DNA of 64,000 nucleotides from Bacteroidia bacterium (GTDB lineage Bacteria; Bacteroidota; Bacteroidia; Flavobacteriales_D; JAUILH01): NCBI GenBank assembly GCA_030433115.1, contig JAUILH010000002.1, positions 4,744 to 68,743 of the forward strand, read 5' to 3'. Shown piece by piece: positions 62,368 to 64,000 of this stretch (position 1 is its first letter; each line of letters starts with the position of its first letter). The notes under the pieces were generated by a model. It saw only the letters and a program-made list of their open reading frames with translations, ran no database searches and was not told where the DNA came from. The position numbers and the translations under genes were made by a program.

Positions 62368-63192
62368 TTAAAGCTTTATCATTTTTACCATTGCCCAATC
62401 ATCTTTCAGATAATGAGTTACAAAACTCAAACCAAACTTTTCTCCCCGATCAACAATGTCATCAATATCCGCCTGATAGAAGCCGCTGAAAAGAATCACA
62501 CCCTGGGGCTTTAGACAATTGGCATACTGTTGCATATCCTGGAGGAGAATATTTTTATTGATGTTAGCTAAGATAAGATTATAAAGCCTGTTGCGCAACA
62601 AACTGGCATCTCCTTGTTCGACCTTGATTTTTGAGCATTGATTGAGCTCAAGGTTTTCGAGTGAATTATGGTAGGCCCACTCGTCGATATCGATGGCCTC
62701 AATAGGAGATGCGCCTAGTTTTTCTGCTAAAATTGCCAAAACGGAGGTTCCACAACCCATATCCAGCACCTTTTGATCGACCAGATTCTCCTCAAGTAAT
62801 TGTTTAGACATCAAATAAGTGGTGGCATGATGACCTGTGCCAAAAGCCATTTTAGGACTCAATACTATTTTGTAAGGTTTGTCCGGAATATTGTGAAACG
62901 GGGCACAAATCACACAGTCATTGGTTACATGAACGGGATCAAAGGCTGCTTCCCACACTGCATTCCAGTTTTGTTGTTCTATCTCTTTAAAATCAAATTC
63001 AACCTTAGTGCCTAGCTCAGAGACTATTTCGGCGACAGTTCCTTCAATGTAGTCCGTTTTTTGAACGTAACTAAGCAAGCCAGTCTCAGTCTCCTGATGT
63101 GTCTCAAAGTTCAACTCATTAAGGTAATAAACAAGCATATCCCGATAGGGCTCAATTTGGTCCAATTTGAACGTAAATTCCAGATAGTTCAT
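62368..63192 (-). CDS. prmA: Ribosomal protein L11 methyltransferase
   Basis: The SAM-binding motif VLDMGCGTSVLAILAEKLGA, then DIDEWA and LILANI, match the PrmA layout and size (274 aa). Confidence 0.9.
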   Translation of the reverse strand: MNYLEFTFKLDQIEPYRDMLVYYLNELNFETHQETETGLLSYVQKTDYIEGTVAEIVSELGTKVEFDFKEIEQQNWNAVWEAAFDPVHVTNDCVICAPFHNIPDKPYKIVLSPKMAFGTGHHATTYLMSKQLLEENLVDQKVLDMGCGTSVLAILAEKLGASPIEAIDIDEWAYHNSLENLELNQCSKIKVEQGDASLLRNRLYNLILANINKNILLQDMQQYANCLKPQGVILFSGFYQADIDDIVDRGEKFGLSFVTHYLKDDWAMVKMIKL

Positions 63193-63201
63193 GAAATGAT
63201 T

Positions 63202-63921
63202 TTAGAATGAATTAGCAATAGCCAGAAACGATTCGGCTTTCAAGGAAGCACCACCAATCAATCCACCATCAATATCGGTCTGTGCAAATAATTCTTTTGC
63301 ATTGCCTGGCTTACAACTTCCTCCATATAAAATTGAGGTATCTTCTTTCTGATATGAGGTGAGAACAGATCTCAGGTGTTGATGCATTTCCTGGGCTTGT
63401 TCGGGAGATGCCGTTTCTCCTGTACCGATTGCCCAAACAGGTTCGTAAGCCAGAATAAAATCGGCTCTGATTGCGCAATTGTCCAACACATGTTTTAGTT
63501 GATTGGCAACAAAACCTAAATGCTTTCCTGACTGCCGAATATCCAAGGACTCTCCTACACACAAGATGGGAGTCATGTTGTTTTCAACAAGCCGATTAAA
63601 CTTTTTTGTGATGAGCTCATCTGTTTCATTTTGGTATTCTCTTCTTTCCGAATGACCAATGATGCCATATTTGATATCTGCAGACGCCAGCATCTGCGCA
63701 GAAACCTCTCCTGTGTAGGCGCCTGATGTTTCATGGTGACAATTCTGAGCCGCAAGAGAAAATTGGTAATCTTTGGTTGTAGCCATTTGAAGATAGAGAG
63801 TTGGGCATGCCACAATTAAATCACAATTGTAAGTTCCTTGATTAATTTCATCCATCAAATGCTTGGCATCAGAGGCTGTTACATTCATTTTCCAGTTACC
63901 GGCAACTATATTCTTTCTCAT
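63202..63921 (-). CDS. tpiA: Triosephosphate isomerase
   Basis: The motifs AGNWKMN, IIGHSERR, AYEPVWAIGTG and ILYGGS are all present. Confidence 0.95.
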   Translation of the reverse strand: MRKNIVAGNWKMNVTASDAKHLMDEINQGTYNCDLIVACPTLYLQMATTKDYQFSLAAQNCHHETSGAYTGEVSAQMLASADIKYGIIGHSERREYQNETDELITKKFNRLVENNMTPILCVGESLDIRQSGKHLGFVANQLKHVLDNCAIRADFILAYEPVWAIGTGETASPEQAQEMHQHLRSVLTSYQKEDTSILYGGSCKPGNAKELFAQTDIDGGLIGGASLKAESFLAIANSF

Positions 63922-63922
63922 C

Positions 63923-64000
63923 TTATCTAATTCTAACTCTTGGATCTATCAATCCATATACGATATCTACAATCACATTGATGATCACGAAACCTGCGGC
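63923..64000 (-). CDS. C-terminal fragment of an ABC-transporter permease (DppB/OppB-like); the rest lies beyond the right edge
   Basis: My own translation gives AAGFVIINVIVDIVYGLIDPRVRIR*. The ...DxxYxxxDPRxR ending is typical of binding-protein-dependent transport permeases. The stop lies 1 nt before the tpiA start. Confidence 0.55.
   Translation of the reverse strand, partial: AAGFVIINVIVDIVYGLIDPRVRIR

Overview
This is a chromosomal window from a Bacteroidota genome, probably a flavobacterial or cryomorph-like lineage. That placement is inferred only from six proteins with T9SS type-A C-terminal sorting domains (xYPNPxxxxxxI motif), TAnnTTTG-type promoter boxes, absent Shine-Dalgarno sites and a TPR/LytS-type kinase paired with a LytTR regulator. 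About 45 genes are present.

Housekeeping genes lie mainly at the right end: tpiA, prmA, plsY, clpS and an M48 peptidase. A dihydrouridine synthase, an acyl-CoA thioesterase and a Crp/Fnr regulator lie in the left-centre. The classical alpha-2-macroglobulin/pbpC operon is at 13095-21027, with an intact CIEQ thioester motif.

The rest is accessory-looking:
- very large multidomain T9SS cargo proteins of 1576, 1569 and 811 aa
- a MACPF (perforin-like) protein
- a TonB-dependent-type outer-membrane barrel
- a decayed SpoIIE/PP2C phosphatase gene
- a 2391-aa TPR/PD40/acidic coiled-coil/SPOR-like giant protein with several internal tandem repeats
- a 1503-aa exported protein of unknown function

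Two tRNA genes are present, tRNA-Val(GAC) and tRNA-Arg(ACG). The most unusual non-coding signal is a conserved structured module of about 155 bp placed immediately 3' of both tRNAs. Each copy is bracketed by a direct repeat of that tRNA's own 3' end, perfect (17/17) at tRNA-Arg and degenerate (12/17) at tRNA-Val. The two copies differ by compensatory substitutions in their hairpins. Together they delimit a roughly 22-kb block of secreted-protein, MACPF and two-component genes.

A second recurrent signal is the intergenic core GAAAAMMGTGA, found about five times, always on the + strand and next to secreted-protein genes.

I saw no CRISPR array, transposase, integrase, prophage or recognisable defence-system gene. 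All functional calls come from motif recognition by eye, and no database search was possible.
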